Origin: a virus
Virus record (IMG/VR): IMGVR_UViG_3300036861_000805
Span: 1-64,000 of that record
Direction: 5' to 3' (one strand)
Length of the DNA: 64,000 nt
This document shows, piece by piece, positions 24,961 through 34,428 of the stretch. How positions within the stretch are numbered: the first letter of the stretch is position 1; every line of letters starts with the position of its first letter. A program made the position numbers and the translations under genes. A model generated the notes under the pieces. The model searched no databases. It was given only the letters and a program-made list of their open reading frames with translations, and was not told where the DNA came from.

Positions 24961-25160
24961 GCCTTACTGCTGAGCAGATCCAGGACCTGCCCTGGGCCAC
25001 ACTGGACGATCTTCTCGACGCGAAAGAAGATGTAGCTGCCTACGGGCGCTGTTACGCGGAGATCTTGGACATCGAGGGGGACATGCGGATGCGGCGCATC
25101 TTGCCGGGGAGTCGCGCGACACCCATTCACCCTCCGCCTCAAGTGGGGGAGACTGGATGA
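24957..25160 (+). CDS. hypothetical protein
   Basis: ATGA overlaps at both ends. Confidence 0.6.
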   Translation: MSLTAEQIQDLPWATLDDLLDAKEDVAAYGRCYAEILDIEGDMRMRRILPGSRATPIHPPPQVGETG

Positions 25161-25684
25161 AGATCGGAGAGGCAGCAGAGCTTGTGGGCGTGATGGCCGC
25201 AATGACGAGCACCCGCTTGCTCGAGCAGGAACGGGAAGTCTGGATCGAGCAGGTATCGCCACTCGATGCGGATCTGGCGACGAAAGCCGTGCTCGAAGGT
25301 CGCCGGGAGTGGAAGCGCTTTCCCTCCTGGGCCCAATTCCATGAGGCATATGCGCTACAGAAGAAGCTCTCCGAGCCCGTCGGCGAGCAGCGGGACATGA
25401 TCGAGGTCCAAGGTAAGCGAGGCATAGCGACGCCGGAATGGGTCTACGTGTGGTGGTGGGCGCGCCGTTCGCGTACGCCCCGTTCTCTCATCCCCTTCCC
25501 GCAGGAGAAGGGTTTCGCGGACGACGCTGACATCATGTCCCAGGAACGCTACGACAAGCTGCTCGCAGAATGGGTAGCCGCCGGCTCTCCGAAGAAGGAT
25601 GTCGCTGAGGCGATGATCGGAAAGACCTCGAAGGGATCCACAGTCGACGACACGATCGCCGTGCTGAAGGAGACTGCGGAATGA
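25157..25684 (+). CDS. helicase loader/inhibitor-like protein (G39P-like)
   Basis: W...LDADLATKAV...KRFPSWAQF pattern and position. Confidence 0.5.
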   Translation: MKIGEAAELVGVMAAMTSTRLLEQEREVWIEQVSPLDADLATKAVLEGRREWKRFPSWAQFHEAYALQKKLSEPVGEQRDMIEVQGKRGIATPEWVYVWWWARRSRTPRSLIPFPQEKGFADDADIMSQERYDKLLAEWVAAGSPKKDVAEAMIGKTSKGSTVDDTIAVLKETAE

Positions 25685-25700
25685 TCCCGCTGGCGGGACA

Positions 25701-26426
25701 ATGAGTGCGCCGGCGGGACCCATGACAGCACAGGAGGTGAAGGATCGCCTGCGTGTCCACTATCCAGGGGGTGTCTTCGCAGGGATGCCCGGGCCGTGGA
25801 CGGTGATCGAGGAGTGGCGCAACATCGATTTTCTTGCCTGGAGCGCATGGGGGTCAAAAGGAAAGTTCATGCGTATCGGCCACGAGATCAAGGTGAGCCG
25901 CGCGGATCTGCGATCTGAACTTTTAGATCCAGGCAAGCGTGTGCTGAACGTGAACTGGTGCCACGAGTTCTACTTCGTCGTTCCCAGCGGACTTCTCACA
26001 GAGGAAGAGTTGGACTATCAGGAGCCTGAGTGGGAGGGCACGGACTTCCTAGGTGAGCGCTGCCCGGGGTTGTGGGGGAAGCAATGCCAGACATGGGGGC
26101 GACGAAGGACGCACTACGTCTACGTGCCGCTCCCGTACGTCGGCTCATGGACTCACGCCTGGGACTACATCGTCTGCCCCACCTGCAAGGGCAGGGGCGT
26201 CGTCCAGATTTCCCGTGTCGAGCGCGAGGCTCCAACATGTTGGGTTCCTCGAGACGTGGGGCTCCTGCAAGTCAGCAGGCGCGGGGTGTCGATCTTCAAG
26301 CGGAGCCCAAGACGTACCGAGGTTCCGCATCTGAGTGATCGCGAGTTCGGACAACTCGTTCGCTGGATCAGCATGCGTCCGGATTTGCGGCACCATCAGC
26401 AAACCGCCCTTTCACTGGCCGTGTGA
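25701..26426 (+). CDS. MmcB-like PD-(D/E)xK nuclease with zinc-finger insert
   Basis: IDFLA...HEIKVSRADL...WCHEFYFVVP...VGLL. Confidence 0.65.
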   Translation: MSAPAGPMTAQEVKDRLRVHYPGGVFAGMPGPWTVIEEWRNIDFLAWSAWGSKGKFMRIGHEIKVSRADLRSELLDPGKRVLNVNWCHEFYFVVPSGLLTEEELDYQEPEWEGTDFLGERCPGLWGKQCQTWGRRRTHYVYVPLPYVGSWTHAWDYIVCPTCKGRGVVQISRVEREAPTCWVPRDVGLLQVSRRGVSIFKRSPRRTEVPHLSDREFGQLVRWISMRPDLRHHQQTALSLAV

Positions 26427-26477
26427 TGAATCTCTCCGTTTGGCAGCGCATCGCGATCGAGAACTAGGGATGCTGCC

Positions 26478-26801
26478 GTGAGCAAACTCACCTGTGGAGG
26501 TGGCATCTTCGGCGAGGACCGCAGCGCGCTGTGTCTGGAGGAGCCGTTCCTGCACGCGCTTTTCTTGGACGAGACCGACACTTTGTGCTGTACGAAGCAT
26601 GTGCGGGTACTGAAGTACATGCGGATCATGGAGTTCAACGGGACGCCTCAGGTGCACGAGGTGACGTCAGAATGCCTTGATCCCGAGTCCGTCTGGGACG
26701 TTGAGGAGAACTGCTGCGTGCTCGAGGAGGACGAGCCGCTGGAGATCTCCGAGCGAGAGCAGATGCTCGCCCAAGCGCGACGTCGATACCTACACAGATG
26801 A
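26478..26801 (+). CDS. hypothetical protein
   Basis: 107 aa, Cys-rich. Confidence 0.6.
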   Translation: MSKLTCGGGIFGEDRSALCLEEPFLHALFLDETDTLCCTKHVRVLKYMRIMEFNGTPQVHEVTSECLDPESVWDVEENCCVLEEDEPLEISEREQMLAQARRRYLHR

Positions 26802-27313
26802 CGCGGAACAGAAAGATTCCGACCGAAGTGTGGGTGCTTCCGCGCCCTCGTCGCGACGCCTATGTCGGCTCCTTCCCGCTCCATTTCGAGCAGCGCTGGT
26901 GGCGTGTCGTCGGCAAGCCCGAGAGAGTGCTACAGCCGTTCGGCGGGCTGTGCGAGATCGGGGACTCTGTGGATCTGAATGAGAGCACCGCGCCTACCTG
27001 GGTCGGTGACGCACACGATCTGCACTGGATCGCCGACGATACATACGACGCCGTGCTCCTCGATCCGCCGTACTCGGACGAGGAGTCGGAGGAGCTCTAC
27101 GGCACGCCGCCGCTTCGCTACGGGAAGTTCGTTCAGGAGGCGGTGCGGGTGTGCAAGCCAGCGGGGCATGTGGCGATCTACCATAAAATCATGGCGCCGC
27201 GGCCGAAGGGCACGATCCTCGTCCATCGCATCGTTGTCCTCACCCGGGTCTGGCACTCCGCCCGCATTTGCATGATCTTCCGGAAGGACGACCGACTCAC
27301 CCTTGACCTATGA
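26798..27313 (+). CDS. short N6/N4 DNA methyltransferase-like protein
   Basis: VLQPFGG, VDLN, DAVLLDPPY. Confidence 0.75.
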   Translation: MTRNRKIPTEVWVLPRPRRDAYVGSFPLHFEQRWWRVVGKPERVLQPFGGLCEIGDSVDLNESTAPTWVGDAHDLHWIADDTYDAVLLDPPYSDEESEELYGTPPLRYGKFVQEAVRVCKPAGHVAIYHKIMAPRPKGTILVHRIVVLTRVWHSARICMIFRKDDRLTLDL

Positions 27314-27486
27314 CACTCTGCTCCGTCTGCCGTACTCCAAGACAATGCCTGCAAGAGGGCTGCTTCGTCGGGCGCGGGAAGAAGCGGCCCCCGAAAGAGG
27401 ACTTGAAACGCGAGCCAGATCGCGCGAGGATGCGCTGGCACAACCGCCACAAACGATTCATTCACTGACGACCCTTGGGAGGGGGA

Positions 27487-27831
27487 ATGTCGCTGTCAGA
27501 TCTCCGCCCGGACCCACCCGCCTGGGCGCTCGAAGCAGGACTGCCAGAGCCAGAAGAGAACGAGAGCTTCGTCGCCTACACTAGGCGTCTCGGGCTCGAC
27601 GTCGAGAAGCTGCTCGCCGATCTCACCGATCAGACGGCACCACTCGCCAACGTGCGCCTCGGCTCACGCCTCATGCGCCTGATACCGGACGCGTACGAGA
27701 GACACTTGGCGCAGCTCGTCGCGAAACATGGTGTCTCCTCGCCAGAGCGCAAGAGGCGGACGGAGAACCTCGCTCGCTCTCTCTTCGGCAAAGACTACCG
27801 TGCGAGGAAGTCCATCCGAGACAGCGCGTAA
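27487..27831 (+). CDS. hypothetical protein
   Basis: GGAGG RBS, ATG 27487. Confidence 0.65.
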   Translation: MSLSDLRPDPPAWALEAGLPEPEENESFVAYTRRLGLDVEKLLADLTDQTAPLANVRLGSRLMRLIPDAYERHLAQLVAKHGVSSPERKRRTENLARSLFGKDYRARKSIRDSA

Positions 27832-27860
27832 AGTTACCGTCATCCACGAAAGGAGAAACG

Positions 27861-28127
27861 ATGTACGACGAGGGATATGCCGACAAGTCGACGCCCGAAC
27901 GCGAGAGTTCCGGGCTCCAGCTCCAGTACGTCTGTGCGGAGCTCTCGAAGGAAGTCGAAATGCTTGAGCAACGACTGGTACCGGTACTGCGGCGAGTCCC
28001 GGAGGACCAGGTAATGCCCTCAACAATGCTGCGGGATTCCTCCGATTCGCCGCTCGCAGATCGAGTGGCCGAGCTACGTGAGGTCCGCGCGAAAATCACC
28101 AATCTGATCCAGCGTCTCGACGTCTAG
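27861..28127 (+). CDS. hypothetical protein
   Basis: AAAGGAG RBS. Confidence 0.7.
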   Translation: MYDEGYADKSTPERESSGLQLQYVCAELSKEVEMLEQRLVPVLRRVPEDQVMPSTMLRDSSDSPLADRVAELREVRAKITNLIQRLDV

Positions 28128-28130
28128 GGA

Positions 28131-28460
28131 ATGAAGCTCGTCGTCAACGAATCGCTCCCGCGCGCGCTCCGCCGGGCTCTCGAGCGGGATGCGCGCGGAA
28201 AGAACACTACGCTGAACGACGTCGCCGGCGAGATTCTCGCGGAGCACTATGGCATCGAGTGGGTGCATTCCGGGAGGAGCTACGAGCGCACCTCGGATCG
28301 CTTTCGGCTCAAAGTCCCCGACGCGATGCACCGCTTGCTCCTGATGGAGGCGGCGGATAGGCTCGGCACCCTCCGAGGCGTCGCGATCGGGACGCTTGAG
28401 GCTCACTACGGAACAAGGAAGAACATCAACGTTGGGCGGAGACCCAGAGGAGGCAAGTAG
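28131..28460 (+). CDS. tandem RHH-like DNA-binding protein
   Basis: two strand-helix-helix patterns (SLPRALRRAL...; LKVPDAMHRLL...). Confidence 0.5.
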   Translation: MKLVVNESLPRALRRALERDARGKNTTLNDVAGEILAEHYGIEWVHSGRSYERTSDRFRLKVPDAMHRLLLMEAADRLGTLRGVAIGTLEAHYGTRKNINVGRRPRGGK

Positions 28461-28462
28461 AC

Positions 28463-28711
28463 GTGGCCGAAACGATGTACGTGATCTTGAAGCAAAACGA
28501 GCTCGCCTCGGTACCGACAGAAGCGACATTCGGCGATACTGGTTGGGTCGAGATCGGCAAGCAGGCTGCGAGCAACCGCGAGGGTGCCATCCGAGCATTC
28601 ATGAACGAAGGCGAGAACGGCGACATGTTCGGCGAGGGCTCTTACCGTGCCGTCTCCGAGACTTCCTGGGGCGAGCCTGTTCCGATCGCGAAGAAGATCT
28701 CGTTCGGCTAA
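28463..28711 (+). CDS. hypothetical protein
   Basis: GGAGG RBS. Confidence 0.65.
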   Translation: MAETMYVILKQNELASVPTEATFGDTGWVEIGKQAASNREGAIRAFMNEGENGDMFGEGSYRAVSETSWGEPVPIAKKISFG

Positions 28712-28714
28712 CCG

Positions 28715-29338
28715 GTGGCGGGCGTTCCTGCCATTCTCCAAGCTGAGGCTTTTGAGGCCGCAGGGATCACGTTTACCGAAACCTCCCTGCAGATCGCGAA
28801 CCCAGAAGGGCTAAGCCGCGACGCCTACCTCCGCCTCGGAGCGTTCCTTGCGACGATCGGACGCGGTTACTGCTTCTGGGTTGGCGATCTTCTCAACAGT
28901 GCCGAAGACAATATCGAGGAGTGGGCACAACTCGAGGCGATCCTGCCTCATTCTCCGCATACCCTCGTCAACTACAAGTCGGTCGCATCCCGCATCCCGC
29001 GCACGCGGCGCCGCAAGATGCTCTCCTTTTCGACCCACGCGGAGGTCGCCTATCTCGACCCTCGAGTGCGAGACCAGTGGCTCGACAAGGCTGAGCGCTA
29101 TGACTGGAAACGAGAGGACATGCGCGCAGCGCTGAACGATGCGGGGCTGAAACCGAAAAGCTCGGGCTCGGTGGGCAATGAGGCCTTAACGAGCAAGAGC
29201 GATCCCTTAGGACGAGCAGGACTGGATCGCGAGGAACGCCTCGGTGCGAATGAGGCGCCTGCCCTTGGTCGCAGGGGTGAACTCGTGCCGAGCCCGAAGA
29301 TCTGCCCGCACTGCGGCCACGTGCTGGAGGAAGAGTGA
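28715..29338 (+). CDS. LmbU-like DNA-binding protein
   Basis: FWVGDLL...RRRKMLSFSTHAEVAYL...WLDKAE. Confidence 0.65.
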   Translation: MAGVPAILQAEAFEAAGITFTETSLQIANPEGLSRDAYLRLGAFLATIGRGYCFWVGDLLNSAEDNIEEWAQLEAILPHSPHTLVNYKSVASRIPRTRRRKMLSFSTHAEVAYLDPRVRDQWLDKAERYDWKREDMRAALNDAGLKPKSSGSVGNEALTSKSDPLGRAGLDREERLGANEAPALGRRGELVPSPKICPHCGHVLEEE

Positions 29339-29536
29339 ATGCCTAGCCATTGGGAACGACTGCTCGCTCAGATCGGACTGTCTGGCCGCACGCGGATGAC
29401 GCCAGCCGGGCCGCGACACGCCTCGCGTGACATCGTGGAGAGCACGAAACCCAATTGCTCCTCAAAGCAGCGAACACGGGATCGTGCTCGCGCCAAGTGC
29501 GCGAAGCAGGCACGCAAGAGGAATCGGAGGCGATAG
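29339..29536 (+). CDS. small basic protein
   Basis: ends KQARKRNRRR. Confidence 0.5.
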   Translation: MPSHWERLLAQIGLSGRTRMTPAGPRHASRDIVESTKPNCSSKQRTRDRARAKCAKQARKRNRRR

Positions 29537-29538
29537 CA

Positions 29539-31296
29539 GTGCTGAAGGTCAGCAAGGATCTCTCGCTGCCGCTTGATCTCGCTGGAGAGGCCACAGCGAT
29601 CCTCGCAAAACGAGGTGCTGGTAAGACGAATACAGCCACCGTCTTCGCAGAGGAACTCATCCGTGAGGGCGTGCAGACGGTGATCCTCGATCCGGTGGGC
29701 GCATGGTGGGGCATTCGCTATGGATCAGATGGCGAATCTCCGGGCCTGCAGGTGCCAGTGCTCGGGGGCGCACACGGTGACGTGCCGCTCGAGCAGACTG
29801 CCGGCGCGCTCATCGCCGACGTCGCAGTCGATTCCGGCCAGTCGCTCCTCCTCGATCTCTCGGATCTGCCCTCCAAGGCAGCAGTCGGCCGCTTCGTCAC
29901 CGACTTCGCGGAGCGCCTCTTCCGACGCAAGGCTCGGGACCACTCGCTCCTGCATCTGATCCTCGAAGAGGCTGACAGCTTCGCTCCGCAGAAGGTGAAG
30001 GGCTCCGAGCGCATGCAGGGCGCGATCGAGCAGATCGTGCGCCGCGGCCGAGCTCGCGGACTCGGTGCCACACTCATCACCCAGCGCTCCGCTGTTCTCT
30101 CGAAGGACGTGCTGACGCAGGCTGACACGCTCGTCGTCATGCGCACGACGGGCCCGCATGATCTGCGCGCAGTGAAGGAGTGGATCGACTCGCGCGGAGA
30201 CGAGCGCGGCGCCGGCGTCATGGATTCACTGCCTTCACTCGCCACAGGAGAAGGATGGATCTGGAATCCCGAGAACGACGTGCTCTCGCGCGTGCAGTTC
30301 CGGGCGCGCAAGACGTTCGACTCCTCACGCACGCCGAAGGCAGGCGAGCACCGGGCGGAACCCGAGAACGCGGCCTCGATCGACATCGCTGCTCTGGGTG
30401 AGAAGATCAAGGCGACGGCCGAGCGCGTGAAGGCTGAGGATCCGCGAGAGCTGAAGACACGCATCCGAGAACTTGAGTCCGAGCTCGCACACAAGAATGA
30501 CGTCACAGTCGTGACGGAAACCGTCGAGGTGCCTGTCTTCAACGGAGAGATCGAGAATCTCGAGACCCTGATGAGACAGCTCAAGCTGCGAGTCGACGAC
30601 GTCGCTGAATTTCAGCATACGATCCACGATTCGTACGAGAGCCTTGTCGCACGCATTGCCGAACTGAAGGGAGTATCGAATGTCCGATCTGACACCCGAG
30701 CAGGAAGAACTGCTGCGCGAGATCGAAGCGCGGCTCGGCCGGATCGAGGGCGTGCTGAACGTCATGCTCATCGCCCGCGGCATCGATCCGAAGACGCTCA
30801 AGCCGCTGAAGGCTTCGAGCCGACCGTCCCGCAGCAGAAGGTCCTCGACGCCCTCGCTTGGCTCGAGTCGATAGAACTCGAAGGAGAGCGTCGCCGCGTC
30901 GGCTTCATCGCGGGCTACTCTCCGAACTCGGGCAACTTCAACAACCTACTTGGGCAGCTCCGTACAGCGAGCATCGTCGACTATCCGAAGGTGGGCACAG
31001 TCGAGCTCACGGATGCAGGACGTGCTCTCGCGCAGGCTCCTGAGGAAACGCCCACAACGTCGGCCCTGCACGCAAAGGTGCTGGAGAAGCTCCCTGGTCC
31101 GCAGCGACGTGTTCTGGAGGCACTGCTTGCTCGCTACCCACATGACGCATCGAAGCAGGAGATCGCCGACGAGGTCGGCTATTCCGCAAACAGCGGCAAC
31201 TTCAACAACATCCTCGGCAAGATGCGCACGCTCGGCATCATCGAGTACCCCGCTCCTGGCTACGTGCGCGCCGAAGACGTGCTCTTCCTCGAATGA
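29539..31296 (+). CDS. HerA/DUF87-like P-loop ATPase with coiled coil and tandem C-terminal winged helices
   Basis: AKRGAGKT, LILEEAD, RGRARG, ITQR; duplicated GYSxNSGNFNNxLG. Confidence 0.85.
   Translation: MLKVSKDLSLPLDLAGEATAILAKRGAGKTNTATVFAEELIREGVQTVILDPVGAWWGIRYGSDGESPGLQVPVLGGAHGDVPLEQTAGALIADVAVDSGQSLLLDLSDLPSKAAVGRFVTDFAERLFRRKARDHSLLHLILEEADSFAPQKVKGSERMQGAIEQIVRRGRARGLGATLITQRSAVLSKDVLTQADTLVVMRTTGPHDLRAVKEWIDSRGDERGAGVMDSLPSLATGEGWIWNPENDVLSRVQFRARKTFDSSRTPKAGEHRAEPENAASIDIAALGEKIKATAERVKAEDPRELKTRIRELESELAHKNDVTVVTETVEVPVFNGEIENLETLMRQLKLRVDDVAEFQHTIHDSYESLVARIAELKGVSNVRSDTRAGRTAARDRSAARPDRGRAERHAHRPRHRSEDAQAAEGFEPTVPQQKVLDALAWLESIELEGERRRVGFIAGYSPNSGNFNNLLGQLRTASIVDYPKVGTVELTDAGRALAQAPEETPTTSALHAKVLEKLPGPQRRVLEALLARYPHDASKQEIADEVGYSANSGNFNNILGKMRTLGIIEYPAPGYVRAEDVLFLE
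30680..30874 (+). CDS. nested overprinted small protein within the ATPase gene
   Basis: AAGGGAG RBS, GC3-rich codons, amphipathic helix. Confidence 0.5.
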   Translation: MSDLTPEQEELLREIEARLGRIEGVLNVMLIARGIDPKTLKPLKASSRPSRSRRSSTPSLGSSR

Positions 31297-31517
31297 TGTA
31301 CTCAGTCGGATATGCAATCCGCGATGCTCGCCAGACGCGGGGCATGTCGCAAGTCGCTCTCGCCAGGACAGCAGGTGTCACTGATCGTGCGATCAGCTAC
31401 TGGGAGGCAGGTGTAAAGATCCCCAATCTCATGCTGCTCGTGAAGCTCGCTGGCGCTCTCCACGTGGAGTTCGTATGCATCGGCGACGGAGTCCTCTGGC
31501 GAGAAGATCCACGATGA
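31293..31517 (+). CDS. XRE-family HTH protein
   Basis: MSQVALARTAGVTDRAISYWEAGVKIP. Confidence 0.85.
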   Translation: MMYSVGYAIRDARQTRGMSQVALARTAGVTDRAISYWEAGVKIPNLMLLVKLAGALHVEFVCIGDGVLWREDPR

Positions 31518-31738
31518 GTGTGTTCCCGCTCGAGTGGCGCTGTGCTTGCGGCGCGAGGGGACGATCGGTCAGCTCCGGCTTCGTGGGAGGAAGCATGGCC
31601 GCTCACCTACGGCGCTGCAAGCAGCGTCGGCGGAGCAAGCGCCCGTACTTCCGGCTCGCTCTAGACGATGTCTGGGAGTGCGCGTGGCTTGAGCGCAAGG
31701 ATGATTGGTTCTCGTTCTCGAAACATGCATTCGCCTGA
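31514..31738 (+). CDS. hypothetical protein
   Basis: ATGA overlap. Confidence 0.55.
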   Translation: MSVFPLEWRCACGARGRSVSSGFVGGSMAAHLRRCKQRRRSKRPYFRLALDDVWECAWLERKDDWFSFSKHAFA

Positions 31739-31789
31739 CAGACGGTTTGTTGTCTGCCCTCTCAGGCAACATTAGATTCGTGATCTTCG

Positions 31790-32089
31790 ATGAACGAATC
31801 CTGGGAGAACATCCGAGCGCGGATCATCGATCGCGACCGCGCTTGTAGCGGCCGCTTCCTGGGCGGGCCCTGCTCGCCGCTCATCGACGTCCATCACATC
31901 GTCCCGCGCGACGAGGGCGGGACGGACGAGGATGAGAACCTGCTCGCGCTCTGCCACCGCCACCACCCGATGCTGGAGTCCATGCGCAGGCAGATCCTGC
32001 GCCGCCGGGGATGGAAGACGTGCCCGCACGATCACCGTTATTCGTGGGCTCGCGAGGAATGCGAGGCAAAACTGAACCGTGCGGCATAG
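31790..32089 (+). CDS. HNH endonuclease
   Basis: DVHHIVPRDEGGTDEDENLLALCHRHH. Confidence 0.85.
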   Translation: MNESWENIRARIIDRDRACSGRFLGGPCSPLIDVHHIVPRDEGGTDEDENLLALCHRHHPMLESMRRQILRRRGWKTCPHDHRYSWAREECEAKLNRAA

Positions 32090-32194
32090 GTGGGTCGGGG
32101 GGCGGCAGCGGTGTTCATCCCGAGAGACCGGAGTGGGGCGGGGCGTCCGGTCGATGCGATAACTTTACGCGACCCTAATCGTCAAAGGAGTCCC

Positions 32195-32770
32195 ATGAAG
32201 AAGATTCCAACCATCTTCGAACGCGACTGGGAAGGAGATCGGTCCCGCGTGCTCGACGAGGTTGTGCCCGGCTGCATGTGGGTGATCGCTGGCGAGGGAG
32301 TTGCGACTCGCAAATACGACGGAACGGCCTGTCTCGTCGAAGATGGCAAGCTCTGGAAGCGTCGTGAGCAGCGCGCGGGAACCGGGGCCCCTCCCGAAGA
32401 CTTTAGGCTCGTCGAGCACGATCTGACGACAGACAAGATCATCGGCTGGGTGCCCGTCGGGGATGGCCCCGACGACAAGTGGTATCGCGAGGCACTCAAC
32501 AACGCTGGCGGTATTGGAGGACTCCCAGATGGCACCTATGAACTCCTGGGCCCTAAGGTGCAGGGTAACCCCGAACGCTTCGAGCAGCACACGCTGCTCC
32601 GACACGTGGACGCCGAGCCGTACATCGTTCCTCGCACCTACGCGGGCATGAGAGACCTGCTCAAAGAGCTCGATGTCGAGGGCTTCGTCTTCCATCATCC
32701 TGACGGACGCATGGCGAAGATCAAGGCCCGCGACTTCGGGATCAAGCGCCGGCGGCTTGAGCGTGTCTGA
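32195..32770 (+). CDS. minimal ATP-dependent RNA ligase-like protein (DUF5565-like)
   Basis: TRKYDGT (motif I), YEL, EGFVF (motif IV), AKIK (motif V). Confidence 0.75.
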   Translation: MKKIPTIFERDWEGDRSRVLDEVVPGCMWVIAGEGVATRKYDGTACLVEDGKLWKRREQRAGTGAPPEDFRLVEHDLTTDKIIGWVPVGDGPDDKWYREALNNAGGIGGLPDGTYELLGPKVQGNPERFEQHTLLRHVDAEPYIVPRTYAGMRDLLKELDVEGFVFHHPDGRMAKIKARDFGIKRRRLERV

Positions 32771-33203
32771 GCCAGGCTCAGAACTCGTTCTCGCGCACTC
32801 CGGCGAACTTGTCGACCTCGAGGACGTTACCCAAGTCGCGGTCGCGCTGCGTAACGTGCAGGACATGGAGAAGCAGCTCAGGGAAGCCGTGCGCGTCCTC
32901 AAGAGCGCGCTCGTCTATCACTCGGGAGAAGCGGGCACGAAGACGCTCCACCTGGACGGTGTCGGCACAGTCCAGCTGAAGAACGACACGGTCGTCGAAT
33001 GGGACATTGTCGGGCTCGAGCGGCGCCTGCGGCGCGCCGGCGCACCGGACGATTTGATCGGTGAGATCATCGTGACGACGATCTCGCAGAACGTCGACGC
33101 GAAGCGCGCGAAGCAAGCGGCGAGCGCGAACAAGAAGTACGCGCGCGCGGTCGAACTCTCGCGCAAGGAGATTCCGAAGGTTCCTACGGTCTCGTTTGCT
33201 TGA
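32763..33203 (+). CDS. hypothetical protein
   Basis: GTG 32763 overlapping previous gene end. Confidence 0.7.
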   Translation: MSEPGSELVLAHSGELVDLEDVTQVAVALRNVQDMEKQLREAVRVLKSALVYHSGEAGTKTLHLDGVGTVQLKNDTVVEWDIVGLERRLRRAGAPDDLIGEIIVTTISQNVDAKRAKQAASANKKYARAVELSRKEIPKVPTVSFA

Positions 33204-33245
33204 CGAACGTCCGAGAGACGTGCGAGGATCCGGCAACCTACAAGT

Positions 33246-33333
33246 TCTCCTGATGGGCTTCGCTTGGAGACAGCAAGCCGGACCTGCCGTCAGCAAAGGT
33301 CCGAGGACCTGCCCCCGTCGAAAGGATCGGAGA
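33246..33333 (+). promoter_or_regulatory. multibranch structured 5' leader
   Basis: several nested stems; follows TTGACG-18-GAGGAT at 33200-33229. Confidence 0.45.
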
Positions 33334-33343
33334 CATTCTCAGA

Positions 33344-34024
33344 GTGTTCACGACACTCGTCATCTGCATACTGATCGCATCGCTCAGCATCGCGGCCTCG
33401 AGCCGCACAAGTGCTGCGCCGAAGGCAGCCGCAGGCCTGAAGGTGCGGAAGGGAGCCGGGCCGGACTTCCCAGTTCTCCGGCCCCGCTGCAGCTCTGCCC
33501 GCAGAGCTGTGCCATGGTACCGCTCCGCTACGCATTCGTGGCAGCGTCTGAGAGACGCCGTGCGCCTCGCAGGACCCAGCCCGAAGGTCAGAGGCCACTC
33601 CTGCGGCTTCGCTCGCTACGCGGCCGGAGAATGGCAGAGTCGTGCCCGCACGGCTCGCTTCACATACAAGAAGTGGCTCACGGAGCGTGTGCTCCAAGAG
33701 CAGGAGTCATATCTCGAAGCCGTCGAAGAAGTGCAACGCGTCTATCTAGGAAGCAGAGGCTGGCTTCAGTCTTGCCCTCGTTCAGAGGGCGGTTGGGGTC
33801 GCTGGGTCCTGAACCGCGAGGGCTCTGGTGCAGGCGGTTGGCTTCAGTTCATGGAGTCGACTTTCTGGCGCATGTTCTACGCGGCCAAGGCTGAAGCTGA
33901 GGCAAAGGGATTCGTCGTGCCACGTTCAGCAGCTTCTTGGTACTCGCCGCTCGGACAGGCTCTCGCCGGTGGCTGGGCTCTGACACACGGCGCGACTCAT
34001 GAGTGGAGCGGGAGCACCTGTTGA
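33344..34024 (+). CDS. secreted lytic transglycosylase-like protein
   Basis: signal peptide; SEGG...SGAGGWLQFMESTF...W. Confidence 0.6.
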   Translation: MFTTLVICILIASLSIAASSRTSAAPKAAAGLKVRKGAGPDFPVLRPRCSSARRAVPWYRSATHSWQRLRDAVRLAGPSPKVRGHSCGFARYAAGEWQSRARTARFTYKKWLTERVLQEQESYLEAVEEVQRVYLGSRGWLQSCPRSEGGWGRWVLNREGSGAGGWLQFMESTFWRMFYAAKAEAEAKGFVVPRSAASWYSPLGQALAGGWALTHGATHEWSGSTC

Positions 34025-34428
34025 CGATCCCCGATCCTCGGCCAGCAGGACGCATCCGTGATCCAGATCTTCTGGCTGTCCTGCATCGGGAATGGGAGGA
34101 ATGCGCGCTCTGCTACGAGACCGCGTACTCGTTCGGGCGGCTCTCACTTCACCACATCCACAAGCACCCACGGAACGATGTGCGCGCAAATCTCGTCATG
34201 CTCTGCGGGGACGGCGTGCGCGGCTGTCACGGGCGCATCGAGGCACACGATCCTGAGACGCGTGCCGCACTCTGCGTCTACATCCTGGCCGAGCGGCCAG
34301 ACACGATCCTGTACCTAAACGATCTTCTCGGCGGGGAAGAGCCGACTCGTGAATGGCTTCATCGCGATGTTCGGCTACCATCCCGAGCGGGAAGGGCTGT
34401 CGCTTCTGCCGACGCCCCTTTCGGTTGA
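34021..34428 (+). CDS. HNH endonuclease-like protein
   Basis: CALC...LHHI...NLVMLCGDGVRGCHGRIE. Confidence 0.75.
   Translation: MTIPDPRPAGRIRDPDLLAVLHREWEECALCYETAYSFGRLSLHHIHKHPRNDVRANLVMLCGDGVRGCHGRIEAHDPETRAALCVYILAERPDTILYLNDLLGGEEPTREWLHRDVRLPSRAGRAVASADAPFG

Noticed and set aside
33250-33323. Hammerhead ribozyme or c-di-AMP riboswitch
   Set aside because: CUGAUGG deviates from the hammerhead core and stem II does not abut GAAA; only a CCGUCAGC fragment resembles the c-di-AMP consensus
11813-34428. HNH genes (11813, 31790, 34021) as TasH effectors
   Set aside because: Too short, no Nop domain recognised, far from the arrays
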